A stretch of DNA of 57,709 bases. It comes from a virus (Duplodnaviria > Caudoviricetes). The position numbers and the translations under genes are program-made. A model generated the notes under the pieces. The model was not told where the DNA came from. It saw only the letters and a program-made list of their open reading frames with translations, and did no database searches. Positions 18,787 through 28,906 of the stretch are shown here, piece by piece (within the stretch, counting starts at the first letter, position 1; each line of letters opens with the position of its first letter). Location of the stretch: the IMG/VR virus record IMGVR_UViG_3300048585_000089, positions 1 to 57,709 of that record. One strand, given 5' to 3'.

Positions 18787-18816
18787 GTAATATGTTATTT
18801 TATTTTATTTTATTAC

Positions 18817-19659
18817 CTATTCACTATCTTCAGGTATTTCAGTTTCTTTTACAACATCAGCATCTATAACTACTACATTGTTTAAAGATTCTACCGCTGT
18901 ACTTAGCAATTCTGGATTTTCAACACAATCATAAAACTTTTCAAGTGCTTTAATTGCATCGAAGAATTTCTCTTCTGTAGTCTTTAATTTTTTAGTTGCT
19001 TGCCATACTACTGAATACTCTACTTGAAGTTCCTTAGCAATATCTCCTTTAGACATACCTTCAGCAACTTTTTTACGAATATATTCACTTCTGGAGATTG
19101 TAGTGCCATCTTCTAAAGTAATTTCATATTTTTGTCTTCCTCCTGAAGAATCTTTAGTTAGGCCATAAACAACTCCATAGCTTAAGTCAAGTGCGTTAGC
19201 TACATCTGCCCGACTAACTCCTTTTTCAACTTGTTCCTTAATCCATTCATTTCTATCTACATCCATTGTTTCAACTACTGTACCTTCTTCTACTGCGATG
19301 CCATTAATATAAGTAATTCCTTCTTTTATATTAACAAGGTCACCATCCTCTGTAACAGTAATTTTACTGAATGAAGAACCTCTACCTCTTGAAGTTGGTT
19401 CCGCCTCATTTTCCATATTAACTGTAGCACCATAAACTGTTCTGTAAGGGATATTAAATTCCTCTGCTATGTCTTTTCTGCCTTTATTAAATTTAGTAAA
19501 CTGTTCCCTAACAAAAGCACTTTTAGAACATTCTGTACCATCTTCTAGCTTAAAGATTTTTGTATCTTTTACATTATCTTCATTTGTACCCTCCGTATTC
19601 GTATCTACTTCTTCTTCGTTACTTTCAAATTCTTTTTCCATTTCATCTGACATCATCAT
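18817..19659 (-). CDS. Protein with three tandem HTH-like repeats and acidic N-terminus
   Basis: Three repeats (S)K/RS.(F/W/Y)(V/I)R/K....G..(K/R).D(I/V)A..(L/F)...Y..V(Y/W). Confidence 0.7.
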   Translation of the reverse strand: MMMSDEMEKEFESNEEEVDTNTEGTNEDNVKDTKIFKLEDGTECSKSAFVREQFTKFNKGRKDIAEEFNIPYRTVYGATVNMENEAEPTSRGRGSSFSKITVTEDGDLVNIKEGITYINGIAVEEGTVVETMDVDRNEWIKEQVEKGVSRADVANALDLSYGVVYGLTKDSSGGRQKYEITLEDGTTISRSEYIRKKVAEGMSKGDIAKELQVEYSVVWQATKKLKTTEEKFFDAIKALEKFYDCVENPELLSTAVESLNNVVVIDADVVKETEIPEDSE

Positions 19660-19692
19660 TTCCTCCTCTTAAATACTTTTTATATTTTGACT

Positions 19693-19730
19693 TATATTAA
19701 TATAATATCCAAAACTATTTTATTATTGAC
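19693..19730 (-). promoter_or_regulatory. Phage-specific promoter motif (leftward operon)
   Basis: GTCAATAA-N11-TGGATATTATATTAATATA. Confidence 0.65.
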
Positions 19731-19876
19731 GAGGAAAATAAAAAATAAATATAAATTTTTATTATCCCTTTATGGCAAACCAGCGTGGCGCAGCTCCTCC
19801 CGTCTCTATAAGCCTTGGAAGTATTTAGCGTATGCTGTAATATCCTGTGAGCGCCAAAATTAAAAAAATTTACCCC

Positions 19877-19914
19877 GTTAAAAATAAAGTCAAAATGAAT
19901 ATTATAATAATATA
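19877..19914 (+). promoter_or_regulatory. Phage-specific promoter motif (rightward replication operon)
   Basis: GTTAAAAA-N11-TGAATATTATAATAATATA. Confidence 0.7.
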
Positions 19915-19963
19915 TAATGTAAATAAATATAAATTGATGAAGCGTAGAGGAGGTAATTATTAT

Positions 19964-20143
19964 ATGTTGATTCAAAATAAAAAAGAACAAGAAACTAGGA
20001 TGGTTGGTGGTCAAGTTCCTGTAGATTTATATTGGACTTTCAAAGCCGTAGCAGCTACTAGAAAAGAGACTTCTGTTGAAGCTTTATTGCACGCTTTAAG
20101 ACTTTATGTAGATCCAATTGAAAAAGAAGGAGAGGAAATCTAA
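19964..20143 (+). CDS. Small ribbon-helix-helix-like DNA-binding protein
   Basis: ATG at 19964 after GGAGGT; MVGGQVPVDLYWTFKAVAA...SVEALLHALRLYV fits the strand-helix-helix pattern. Confidence 0.6.
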   Translation: MLIQNKKEQETRMVGGQVPVDLYWTFKAVAATRKETSVEALLHALRLYVDPIEKEGEEI

Positions 20144-21171
20144 TGACAGATGAACGGTTAAATGATTTTGTTTCTAAATTAGATGTAATGAAACCAGCTT
20201 CAATAAATAAAGACAATGCTAAACATCTAATTAAGTTAGATACCTTATATGATTCACCAGATTACGTAATTGAAGATAAACTCGATGGATGTCACTATCT
20301 AATGATAGCTTGCCGTTTCTTTAGTACAGAACATAATGAAAAAACGGATAACTTCCCACTCCAGCGAGATTTTTTTGTCTCATTAGGAATGCCTAATTTG
20401 ATACTAGATGGTGAGATGTATTATCCAGGTAAAACAAGTCAATATTGTACAAGAGTAACAGGAGCAGGTTCGGAAACAGCTGTATCCTTCCAGAATAAAA
20501 ATGGACCTATACATTATGTTATATGGGATATGTTACGTACTCCAAAAGGAACCTGGTTAGTAAATTATACGCTACAAAAGAGGAGACAGTTGCTAGAATA
20601 TTTTTATGATAATCACATTAAAGGTACTGGATTAGAAAAATATATACATCTTACAAAACAACATAGTGAGAACAAACGACAGTTCAGAGATGCAATAATA
20701 GAATTAGGTGGTGAAGGTGTAGTATTGAAAAATATTAATAGTCTTTATATTATGGGTAAGAAACCTATGTGGATGTGGGTAAAAGATAAGATACATGACG
20801 AAACAGACTTTTTTATTATAGGATACATGCCTCCTACAGTAATTTATGAAGGGGCTTCTGAGAATTGGCCATATTGGCTCGATATAAATGGAGTATCTTC
20901 ACCTGTAACAAAATATCACTACCATGGTTGGATTGGTGCTCTATGTTTAGGAGCTATGGTAAACGGAGTCGCTACACAAATAACTACATGCTCAGGTTTA
21001 GATGAAAAAACACGCAAAGAGATATCAGAAGATCCTAATAAATACCTTAATAGAGTAGTTAAAGTAACATATATGCAAAAAACGGAAGCAGGTATTCCGA
21101 GACACCCCCGATTCGAAGAATTTCATGAAAGTAAGTCAGCCGAGGAATGTATTTGGAACTATGACGACTGA
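20143..21171 (+). CDS. lig: ATP-dependent DNA ligase
   Basis: EDKLDG, ILDGEM, IWDML, GEGVVLK, WVKDK, PRHPRF. Confidence 0.92.
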   Translation: MTDERLNDFVSKLDVMKPASINKDNAKHLIKLDTLYDSPDYVIEDKLDGCHYLMIACRFFSTEHNEKTDNFPLQRDFFVSLGMPNLILDGEMYYPGKTSQYCTRVTGAGSETAVSFQNKNGPIHYVIWDMLRTPKGTWLVNYTLQKRRQLLEYFYDNHIKGTGLEKYIHLTKQHSENKRQFRDAIIELGGEGVVLKNINSLYIMGKKPMWMWVKDKIHDETDFFIIGYMPPTVIYEGASENWPYWLDINGVSSPVTKYHYHGWIGALCLGAMVNGVATQITTCSGLDEKTRKEISEDPNKYLNRVVKVTYMQKTEAGIPRHPRFEEFHESKSAEECIWNYDD

Positions 21172-21176
21172 GGAGA

Positions 21177-23567
21177 GTGTATATGCTAATAATGGAAGAA
21201 GTGTTAAAGTTAGTTGATTTAGGTTTTCCTATAATACCCTTATGTCCGGATACGCATATAAATGTATCTCCTAGACATAAGCAGATGTGTCGCTGTCCAG
21301 GTAAAATGCCCTTAATTAAAAACTGGCAAACACATAATGAAACCACAGAAGAACATTTAATGTCCTGGCAACAACAGTTTAAAGAGTTTAATATAGGTAT
21401 GCCTTTAGGATCATCTTCTGGTTATTGTGGTATTGATGTGGATGGTGAGATTGGATCTCAGCTTTTACAAGAAATGTCTAAAGGCGAGGTACCTGACACG
21501 TGGGAATTTTCAACCAGCGCGGGGAAGCGATTGCTTTATTTAATACCACCTGGTACGAAAACTAGAAAGTATAAACAAGCCGATGCCAAAATAAAACATG
21601 AAGAATGTGCTTTACTCTGTGATGGTCAGCAAACTGTGCTACCACCTTCTATACATCACCAAGGACATATTTATACTTGGATAGAAGGTCATAGTCCTTG
21701 GGATATGGATTGTACTACAGCACCTCAATGGTTAATGGATCTAATCATAGATGACTCGGAGCGTACCAGTGAGAGTAAAGAAGTTACTTACGAAGTTCCG
21801 CTTATGCAAGACCCTTTAGATGATGTAGCGGCTGAATTTTGCCAAATGGATTTTATAGCTACTGAAGCTCCTCAAGTAGTAGAGGCTTCTAAGGTTAAAT
21901 TACAAAAGGGTAAATCTGGTAATCAATTGAAGATTGATGAAAGTATTTTAAACACACCTATAGTTGAAGGTCAAAGAGACAATACTATGACTTCAATTGT
22001 GGGTCATTTTTGTGCTAAAAGAGAATTACGCTTATTAGGGAAAGATACTCTGATGCAGGTATGTCAAGATTATAATACTAAATGGTGTGATCCTCCCTTA
22101 GAGAAAGAGGCTATAACACAGAAAGTTAATTATTTCTTTGACTTAGAACAGATGAAAGATGCTAAGTTTAAAGAAGCTAATGCTGATAAGCCTGCTTTTA
22201 AAGCGTCTGAATTGGCTGCTGTTGTACGGGATATAATCATAAATGAGTATAATATACATATCGCATATGATCCAGGCTCTAAGATATTTTATTTTGCTAA
22301 AACAGATAAGGGTCCTTGGTCTGGTTCTTTTGATCCTAACATAATTCATCGTTATATAAGAAGAGTTATAACTGATCCTAAGCACGGACATCCTTCTTGG
22401 GATAAGATGAGTTATATAGTTGAAGTTAGAAAGGCTTACGAAGAGTTACATACGTCAGCATTTACGGCAGCTAATTCTTTTGATATAGGTAGAAATGCTG
22501 AGGCACTTAGTCAATATATTGTGTTAAAAAATGGCATGTTAGATTGGCGCACTGGTAGACTTATTCCTTGGGATCCGACATATCGTACAACATTATCTTT
22601 TGATTTTGAATATAATCCAGAGGCTGATTGCCCTCGATTTAAAAAATACCTTGCGGATTGGTTACCTTATACTGATACACAAGGAGTTATACAAGAATAT
22701 TTAGGTTACTGTTTAGTTCCTAGTACACGATTTAGAAAAGCTTTATTTCTATATGGTAAGGGAAGAAATGGTAAGTCTATGTTATTAGAATATTTATTTA
22801 AACTTTTTGGTAAGCATTGTTCATCATTATCTTACGATGGTTTATCTACTAGATTTGGGCCTGCGGCATTAAAGGATGCATTAGTAAATATACATGATGA
22901 TACGACGATATCCTTTACAAAAGATACAAGTATTATTAAGAACTTGATTGCAGGAGGTACTGTGAGAGCGGAATATAAAGGTACTAATGCCTTTGAATTT
23001 ACTAATGTGGCTAAATTCATTTATAGTGCGCAGGAAACTCCAAAAGTATCTGATACTACTTTAGCCTGGCATGATCGTTGGATATTTATTCAGTTTAAGC
23101 AGACCTTTGCTACATCGGCTAAGGTAGCACGTCAGATAGAATCTGATTTGACAGAAGAAACTACTGGTATATTTAATTGGATGATTGAGGGGTTGGTGCG
23201 TTTGAATAAAAATGATGTTTTTAGTAAAAGTATCGAGTTGACAAAAAATACAGTTGAATATAGAGCCTCTAATGATAGTGTTATGGAATTTATTAATGAG
23301 ATGTGTCGTGCTGATGAGGAAGAAGTGGGTACTAGAATATTTACTTTATATGCCATCTACTTAGAATGGGCTAGAATTTCCCATGTAAAGCCTGTAGGAA
23401 AGAAGAAGTTTGCGGAACGTATAGGGGATGCTGGGTATGAGAAAGTAAAGGGTCATATTAATGGTAAATCTGGACAAACATTTGTAAAGAATCTCATTGT
23501 TGATAAGAACAGTGAGGTTTATCAGGAATCAGCTCTTGAATATACCATCATAGCTCAAGGTACTTAA
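21177..23567 (+). CDS. Bifunctional primase-polymerase + PriCT + D5/P4-type SF3 helicase
   Basis: GFPIIPL, NIG..GIDVD, VLPPSIH (prim-pol); EGQRDN (PriCT); GKGRNGKS Walker A, HDRW. Confidence 0.9.
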   Translation: MYMLIMEEVLKLVDLGFPIIPLCPDTHINVSPRHKQMCRCPGKMPLIKNWQTHNETTEEHLMSWQQQFKEFNIGMPLGSSSGYCGIDVDGEIGSQLLQEMSKGEVPDTWEFSTSAGKRLLYLIPPGTKTRKYKQADAKIKHEECALLCDGQQTVLPPSIHHQGHIYTWIEGHSPWDMDCTTAPQWLMDLIIDDSERTSESKEVTYEVPLMQDPLDDVAAEFCQMDFIATEAPQVVEASKVKLQKGKSGNQLKIDESILNTPIVEGQRDNTMTSIVGHFCAKRELRLLGKDTLMQVCQDYNTKWCDPPLEKEAITQKVNYFFDLEQMKDAKFKEANADKPAFKASELAAVVRDIIINEYNIHIAYDPGSKIFYFAKTDKGPWSGSFDPNIIHRYIRRVITDPKHGHPSWDKMSYIVEVRKAYEELHTSAFTAANSFDIGRNAEALSQYIVLKNGMLDWRTGRLIPWDPTYRTTLSFDFEYNPEADCPRFKKYLADWLPYTDTQGVIQEYLGYCLVPSTRFRKALFLYGKGRNGKSMLLEYLFKLFGKHCSSLSYDGLSTRFGPAALKDALVNIHDDTTISFTKDTSIIKNLIAGGTVRAEYKGTNAFEFTNVAKFIYSAQETPKVSDTTLAWHDRWIFIQFKQTFATSAKVARQIESDLTEETTGIFNWMIEGLVRLNKNDVFSKSIELTKNTVEYRASNDSVMEFINEMCRADEEEVGTRIFTLYAIYLEWARISHVKPVGKKKFAERIGDAGYEKVKGHINGKSGQTFVKNLIVDKNSEVYQESALEYTIIAQGT

Positions 23568-23578
23568 TATTTCCGCGC

Positions 23579-23607
23579 TTGTTGTTATCTTAAAAATATT
23601 ATATAAT
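23579..23607 (+). promoter_or_regulatory. SigmaA-like promoter
   Basis: TTGTTG-N17-TATAAT. Confidence 0.5.
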
Positions 23608-23646
23608 ATTAATATACATATTAAATAATATATGGGAGGTTTGTTA

Positions 23647-24048
23647 ATGTATAATGAAGCAGAAATATTAAAGAAATGTGCTGAATTAGGTTTAAATACT
23701 TTATATGATGATTTCGAATTATATGAAGCCCAGTTGCAGAAAAGTGAGGCGGAATTAAATCAAATATTGAATCTCAATTTAGATAAACATGCTGAATCGA
23801 TTACATTCGAACAAGTATGTTCAATCACTTTTATCAAGGCGAAAGATATTATCTTCAAAATGTCTGTAAAGAAAAGAATTGATGTTCTAAAAGTATTAGA
23901 TTATAACTTAGATCATCTATATAAGATGGCAGCAGATTATGGAGAACCAGATGTTGAAGTACCAATAACACCTAAAGTCTATCTCGCTTTGATGGGTAGG
24001 ATTAAACATTTAGAGATTTTAATGCAATGGCTTTATGGCATTGAATAA
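23647..24048 (+). CDS. Hypothetical protein
   Basis: ORF with GGGAGG RBS before ATG 23647. Confidence 0.6.
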   Translation: MYNEAEILKKCAELGLNTLYDDFELYEAQLQKSEAELNQILNLNLDKHAESITFEQVCSITFIKAKDIIFKMSVKKRIDVLKVLDYNLDHLYKMAADYGEPDVEVPITPKVYLALMGRIKHLEILMQWLYGIE

Positions 24049-24083
24049 TATAAAAGAAGTAAATAATAGGAGGCGAGTGTACT

Positions 24084-24341
24084 ATGGATTGGAAAAAGTT
24101 ATACTTTGGTAAGTTGTCTAGGAGTGAGATAGGCGAAGCAATAAAAAATAGTAGTTGGCAGAATATTAGGCTTTCTATGAAGGGTGTTACTCTTGAAGAA
24201 AAATACAATATTTTAACTCGATGGTTAAGTTTTTGTAGTTACTCGAGAGAAGCGCAGATTCAAGTTACTAATTATGTAACTGCTCTGAGTAGAGGTGGCT
24301 TAATTAAACCAGAAGATTATTTAGGGGAGGAAGAAAAATAA
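24084..24341 (+). CDS. Hypothetical phage protein
   Basis: AGGAGG RBS; coupled to next gene. Confidence 0.65.
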   Translation: MDWKKLYFGKLSRSEIGEAIKNSSWQNIRLSMKGVTLEEKYNILTRWLSFCSYSREAQIQVTNYVTALSRGGLIKPEDYLGEEEK

Positions 24342-25633
24342 TGGGAGATTTAGTAGTTCAAAAGGCTAAGATAAACTTAGACACGTACCAGGGTGAGATT
24401 GTTAAAAGTGAAGCTGATCGGATCCTTGTGGTTGCAGGAGCTGGGTCAGGAAAAACAAGAGTTTTGATTGAGAGGATTAATCATCTGTTAGAGAAGGGTG
24501 TAGAACCTCATAACATCGTGGCGATTACATTTACAAATATTGCAGCGGAGGAGATTAGAGAACGATTACAACATGTACCAGTTGTTGGTGATATGTTTAT
24601 AGGTACAATTCATTCTTTCGCTAATAGGATTTATAAGAGTAGCGGTGAGAAGTACACTATTTTGACTGAAACTTCCAGACAATTGATTTACGAGGAAATC
24701 CTTAGTAAGCCTCAGCATTCTGGGTTGACATTTAAGCGTTGGCTTGGTTATATGGATTTACAGAAAGCTGTAAGTCTTAATTTGGCTCCTGAGGAAAAGT
24801 TATCGGAGTACTTGTTGCCATCTGAATTGAATATCTTAATAAGGTGCCCAGAGATGGCTAAACAGATTATGAAAAGAGATAATATTATAGACTTTGAGCA
24901 GCTTTTGAAACACTCTACAGCGTACTTTACTTCCTTAGGCGCGAGAGTAGAACATCTATTAGTGGATGAACTGCAGGATATAGATACACTGGAATATGCC
25001 TTTATAAAATGTCTAAATGCACAGAATTATTTTCTAGTAGGTGATGACTGGCAAGCTATTTATGGTTTCAAAGGTGGTAATGTTGGTATCTTCTATTCTC
25101 TATTACGAGATGATTCATATCGAAAATATTATTTGGAAAACAACTATCGTAATTGTAGGGAAATTGTTGATTTAGGTTTGCAAATTATTGCTGATGTTCC
25201 TAATATAACGGAGAAAGCAATTAATGTGTGCAATGTAAGTAGTGATGGTCATATTTGCGTCTACTCTAAAAATAAAACTGCTATGTTAGTTTCTTTATTG
25301 CAGAGAAACAAGGATTCTTGGAGAGATTGGTTTATCCTAACGAGAACGAATAAAGAAGCCTATGCTATTGCGGATCTGTTGGATGACAATGAAATCGATT
25401 ATTGTTTTATTAAGAGAGCGGAGTTAACCTTAGAAGAGTTGCGTGAGACGATGAAATCAAATCAAGTTAAGGTGATGACTGTGCATTCTGCTAAAGGTCT
25501 TGAAAACAAAAATGTGATATTGTATGGTAATTTTCCTTTAAAAGTACCTAAATACATAAGGAACTATGAAGAAAGAAAAGTTATGTATGTTGGTATTACT
25601 AGAGCCTCTGAGCAACTACACATATTTAATTAA
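24341..25633 (+). CDS. Compact UvrD/Rep-family SF1 helicase
   Basis: AGAGSGKT, ITFTN, GTIHSF, VDELQD, VGDDWQAIYGF, NYRN, MTVHSAKGLE, YVGITRA. Confidence 0.92.
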   Translation: MGDLVVQKAKINLDTYQGEIVKSEADRILVVAGAGSGKTRVLIERINHLLEKGVEPHNIVAITFTNIAAEEIRERLQHVPVVGDMFIGTIHSFANRIYKSSGEKYTILTETSRQLIYEEILSKPQHSGLTFKRWLGYMDLQKAVSLNLAPEEKLSEYLLPSELNILIRCPEMAKQIMKRDNIIDFEQLLKHSTAYFTSLGARVEHLLVDELQDIDTLEYAFIKCLNAQNYFLVGDDWQAIYGFKGGNVGIFYSLLRDDSYRKYYLENNYRNCREIVDLGLQIIADVPNITEKAINVCNVSSDGHICVYSKNKTAMLVSLLQRNKDSWRDWFILTRTNKEAYAIADLLDDNEIDYCFIKRAELTLEELRETMKSNQVKVMTVHSAKGLENKNVILYGNFPLKVPKYIRNYEERKVMYVGITRASEQLHIFN

Positions 25634-25721
25634 GTAAAGGGTGTTACTAGAGCGGACAGGAATTACATGTATTTAATTAATACCAACTGGTGCGAAGACG
25701 AATGAAAGGAGGTGAAATTAT

Positions 25722-26009
25722 ATGGTGACAGATTTAGAGACATTTTTATATGATCATTCAGAGGATTTGTTTAGTTTCATGGTGTATAAGAAAATGTTTA
25801 CTCCATTTGAGATTGAACGCTGTTATAGAGATGAAAATGTTTACACAGACATCTCATATCAATATGGTTATATCGAAGAGGCAGTAGCACTACCTGATGG
25901 TGATGTTTTACTAGGTATAATAGATGAGGATCTAACTAGAACACAATACTATAAGCTGTCGGAGATTGAATTATCATTGGCAGCAAGAGATGAGAATGAC
26001 GAAGAATAA
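25722..26009 (+). CDS. Hypothetical acidic protein
   Basis: AAGGAGGTG RBS. Confidence 0.7.
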   Translation: MVTDLETFLYDHSEDLFSFMVYKKMFTPFEIERCYRDENVYTDISYQYGYIEEAVALPDGDVLLGIIDEDLTRTQYYKLSEIELSLAARDENDEE

Positions 26010-26030
26010 AAATTCTAGGAGGTAAGTATA

Positions 26031-26248
26031 ATGGGAAAGTTGGTAGAAATTAGATTTAATAGTACTTACGATTTAAAAACAAATATACTTAATGGGGAAC
26101 AACTAAAGCTCTTACAGACTTATTAAACATACTACTGAATATGCGTGATCGATTAGATGTATTTAATAAGCTGCAGCAGTTTAATTATAAAGTAGGTGTA
26201 CATATATCTGCCCACAACCAAATCAAAGAAGGCCAGACTTCATATTAG
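26031..26248 (+). pseudogene. Possible frameshifted small gene
   Basis: AGGAGGT RBS and ATG 26031; frame stops after 31 codons but an overlapping frame stays open to TAG ~26248. Confidence 0.3.
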
Positions 26249-26344
26249 GTTATGGCGATTTAAGTTGTTATGACTACAGTAATTAAGGAGGGAGGAGGGA
26301 GGAGGGAGCGGACGTACCAGGTGGAGTTGTGGTGCAATTGAAAT

Positions 26345-26405
26345 ATGGAGAGATTGATGGAGAATGGAGAGATTGATGGAGAGAGTTGATGAAATGGAGA
26401 GAGAA
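26345..26405 (+). repeat. Purine-rich ATGGAGA(GATTG) tandem repeats
   Basis: ATGGAGA occurs five times; GGAG-rich run just upstream at 26287-26308. Confidence 0.6.
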
Positions 26406-27211
26406 CGTTAAAATTTAACGAAGCTGTTTTTTATTTCGAGCCCTAAAATCCCGATTTTTTGGTTATTATTGAGCTCAATTATTGAGTTTTTAAAAAATGA
26501 AAAAAAAAAATGCTACCGGCCCTTATTTTCTCTCCGTAAAAAATTAACGTTTCTACAGCCTCTCTCCCCGGTTTAATCATGATTTTTTTAAATCCCTTCA
26601 AAATCCCTTAGGAGAGAACTATTTGTCTCCTTGTTCTATAAGTAGTCTCTCTAAGATAAATCGGGAAAAGGGATTTTTATTTATAGAAAATTATATATAA
26701 TATAAAATAGGAGACAACGTAAATATTTAACGTTTAATACCCCAAGCAGATTTTTTTTTTTTTTTATATAAAATATATATTTAAATTCAGATCTGATCCC
26801 GATCTCGCAGGAGACAGAAAAACATGCTTCAAAGCGACTTATAGAGTCATTTCTCTGGCCCCTCTCTTGCGAGATTTTTGTTTTTAAGAAATCCCTCATC
26901 CCGCCGCAGTTAAATTTTCTCAAATTTTAAAAAACTAGTGCAAAATAAAAAACCATTATTTTGGAAAACTGTTCGGGCGCGTGCGTTTTATGGGACTTCC
27001 CCTATGCGTGTCGGTAAGCGTAGTAATATCCACAGAGGTTGGGATGCTGGCAAGGACAAAGGGGGGAGAACAAGGGAAAGGCCAAAGGAGATGGCCTAGC
27101 CAGCCTCCCGGTGTCTTTTTCTTCTTTCCCCCCCCCCCTGGAGGCCCGACGTAGGCAGCCGAGTTTGAGGTAAAAAGAATGACCCTCTTAGGGCCATGCT
27201 TTCTGTTCTAA

Positions 27212-27655
27212 CTATATTGGCTTATGTATTTCTTCCAACTCATTCTCTATCATCTCTAAAGTCTCCATATCTTGTCGAGTAACACGTTCTACAGCAATCT
27301 TACGTTCTAATAGATGTACATCCTCCAGATCTTGTTCTAACTCCCCTAATGAATTTTCAAATAGTCTAATCTGACGGTAAAGTGAAGTATGTTGATAACT
27401 CAAAACCGATCTCAAATGAACAATATGGTCAGCATCCAAGGAAACGTACACATCTTGGGTTTTATCCAGGCGACATCCTATGGTTGCTTCGTAGTAATCA
27501 CTTCGAACATTTATATGTACTACTTCTTTCCCGTCTGTTAACTCCCTTACCCAATTATCCAAACGTTTTACATCCTCTGCTTCACCTAATAAAATAGACG
27601 ACCCTCTTCTAACCTGTTCTACTAGAACAGACATCTGTTCTCTACTATATCCCAT
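27212..27655 (-). CDS. Hypothetical protein
   Basis: 147-aa ORF in operon with tandem-HTH gene. Confidence 0.6.
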   Translation of the reverse strand: MGYSREQMSVLVEQVRRGSSILLGEAEDVKRLDNWVRELTDGKEVVHINVRSDYYEATIGCRLDKTQDVYVSLDADHIVHLRSVLSYQHTSLYRQIRLFENSLGELEQDLEDVHLLERKIAVERVTRQDMETLEMIENELEEIHKPI

Positions 27656-27684
27656 TTTTAATCACCCAAATAAAGAAGAAGGTT

Positions 27685-28167
27685 TTAAACCCCCTTCTTT
27701 CCTTTCTTCAAAGACTTTTTATGTTCCTCTATAGCGTCCTGTATTGCTGGATTGTTCTTTTGTTCTTCCAGTATCTTAAGTTCCTGCTCGAACATCTCAT
27801 CGAAATCCTTATCTAAATCCTTGTTCTTTAGTTCCTGCGATACTTTCCATACATAGTTGTATGATGATTTAGTCATTTTCGCAGCGTCTATCAACTTACC
27901 TCCATTTTCTAATATCGCAACTACTTCCGCTTTCTTTGGTGAACCCGCTCTTTCCGATTTAATTACTTCGATCCCATTGACTATAACATGATTCTGAATT
28001 ACATTGTACGCATGATTGTACCTGATCCCAAGTAATAAACTAATTTGTTTAACCTCTAGACCTCCTTCAAACAGCGCCTTGATTTTCTCACTCTTGTTCA
28101 TGTCTTTCGCTTCTACAACCATCCCCTGCTCTTTCGTTTCCATTACTTTCTCGACTAACTTCTTCAT
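27685..28167 (-). CDS. Two-repeat HTH-like DNA-binding protein
   Basis: NKSEKIKALFEGGLEVKQIS..LGIRYNHAYNV and KKAEVV....G....AA....SYNYVWKV; AGGAGGT RBS. Confidence 0.7.
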   Translation of the reverse strand: MKKLVEKVMETKEQGMVVEAKDMNKSEKIKALFEGGLEVKQISLLLGIRYNHAYNVIQNHVIVNGIEVIKSERAGSPKKAEVVAILENGGKLIDAAKMTKSSYNYVWKVSQELKNKDLDKDFDEMFEQELKILEEQKNNPAIQDAIEEHKKSLKKGKKGV

Positions 28168-28237
28168 ACTATCGTACCTCCTATGTTTTTTTACGTCTAG
28201 AAGACGCCTGTAAGTATCTTATACTTACTATACTTAT

Positions 28238-28267
28238 ATTATATAATAAAAGGTATTCGGAAAGCAA
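28238..28267 (-). promoter_or_regulatory. SigmaA-like early promoter (leftward)
   Basis: TTGCTT-N18-TATAAT on minus strand. Confidence 0.5.
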
Positions 28268-28603
28268 CCCCGGGACACAATGTTTTAAAAAAAGTTTCCG
28301 CTAGTGGATCCTCATCCAAGTTTTCTGAGATGGTATCCTTCCTATGGGCCCCTATCGCGGCGGACAAGTCCCTTCGGGAGTTTTATCACCACCCTGGTGC
28401 GCAAACCCCCCTTCGGGTGTTTTAAAGACGTCCAAGGGAAGAAGTTTTAAAGGGCTTTGATAGGTGGTAGGCATAGCACGTCGGGCCACGGCGGAGTTGG
28501 GCTTACTAACTGTTTCTACCCTAGCGACACTAGTCGGGCGCCTGCATGGCCCCTCTCTCACATACCCATTGGGAGTCTAGATAATTTTATTTTGTTTCCG
28601 CGC

Positions 28604-28633
28604 TTGCTTTCCCCCATTAAACCGATATATAAT
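28604..28633 (+). promoter_or_regulatory. SigmaA-like early promoter (rightward)
   Basis: TTGCTT-N18-TATAAT, same architecture as the divergent one. Confidence 0.5.
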
Positions 28634-28692
28634 AATAATATAGAGAGTCTCTCTATGTATATATATATATAAATAGGTGGGAGGGTATTGAT

Positions 28693-28905
28693 GTGGTTAG
28701 ATGGAAGTGTCCCAAGAAGTTGGGCGAAGTAGTATGTATCATTGATCCGGATGATGTTAGATATAATACATTCGGGTACAAGCAGGCAAGTAGGGTGGAT
28801 GATGGAGTAGTTCAAGTAATGGTCTATTTTCCACTTTCTAAGAGTACGGGGGAAATGAAGATGTATCGATGGGATCAATGTGAGAGATTAAAGGAGGAGT
28901 ATTAA
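28693..28905 (+). CDS. Small hypothetical (early) protein
   Basis: GGGAGG RBS, GTG start. Confidence 0.55.
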   Translation: MVRWKCPKKLGEVVCIIDPDDVRYNTFGYKQASRVDDGVVQVMVYFPLSKSTGEMKMYRWDQCERLKEEY

Positions 28906-28906
28906 T

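Noticed and set aside
26751-26765. Long homopolymer runs (also 96-110, 30649-30661, 32072-32087) as phase-variation switches
   Set aside because: All are intergenic and their length may be a sequencing artefact; no evidence of variation without reads
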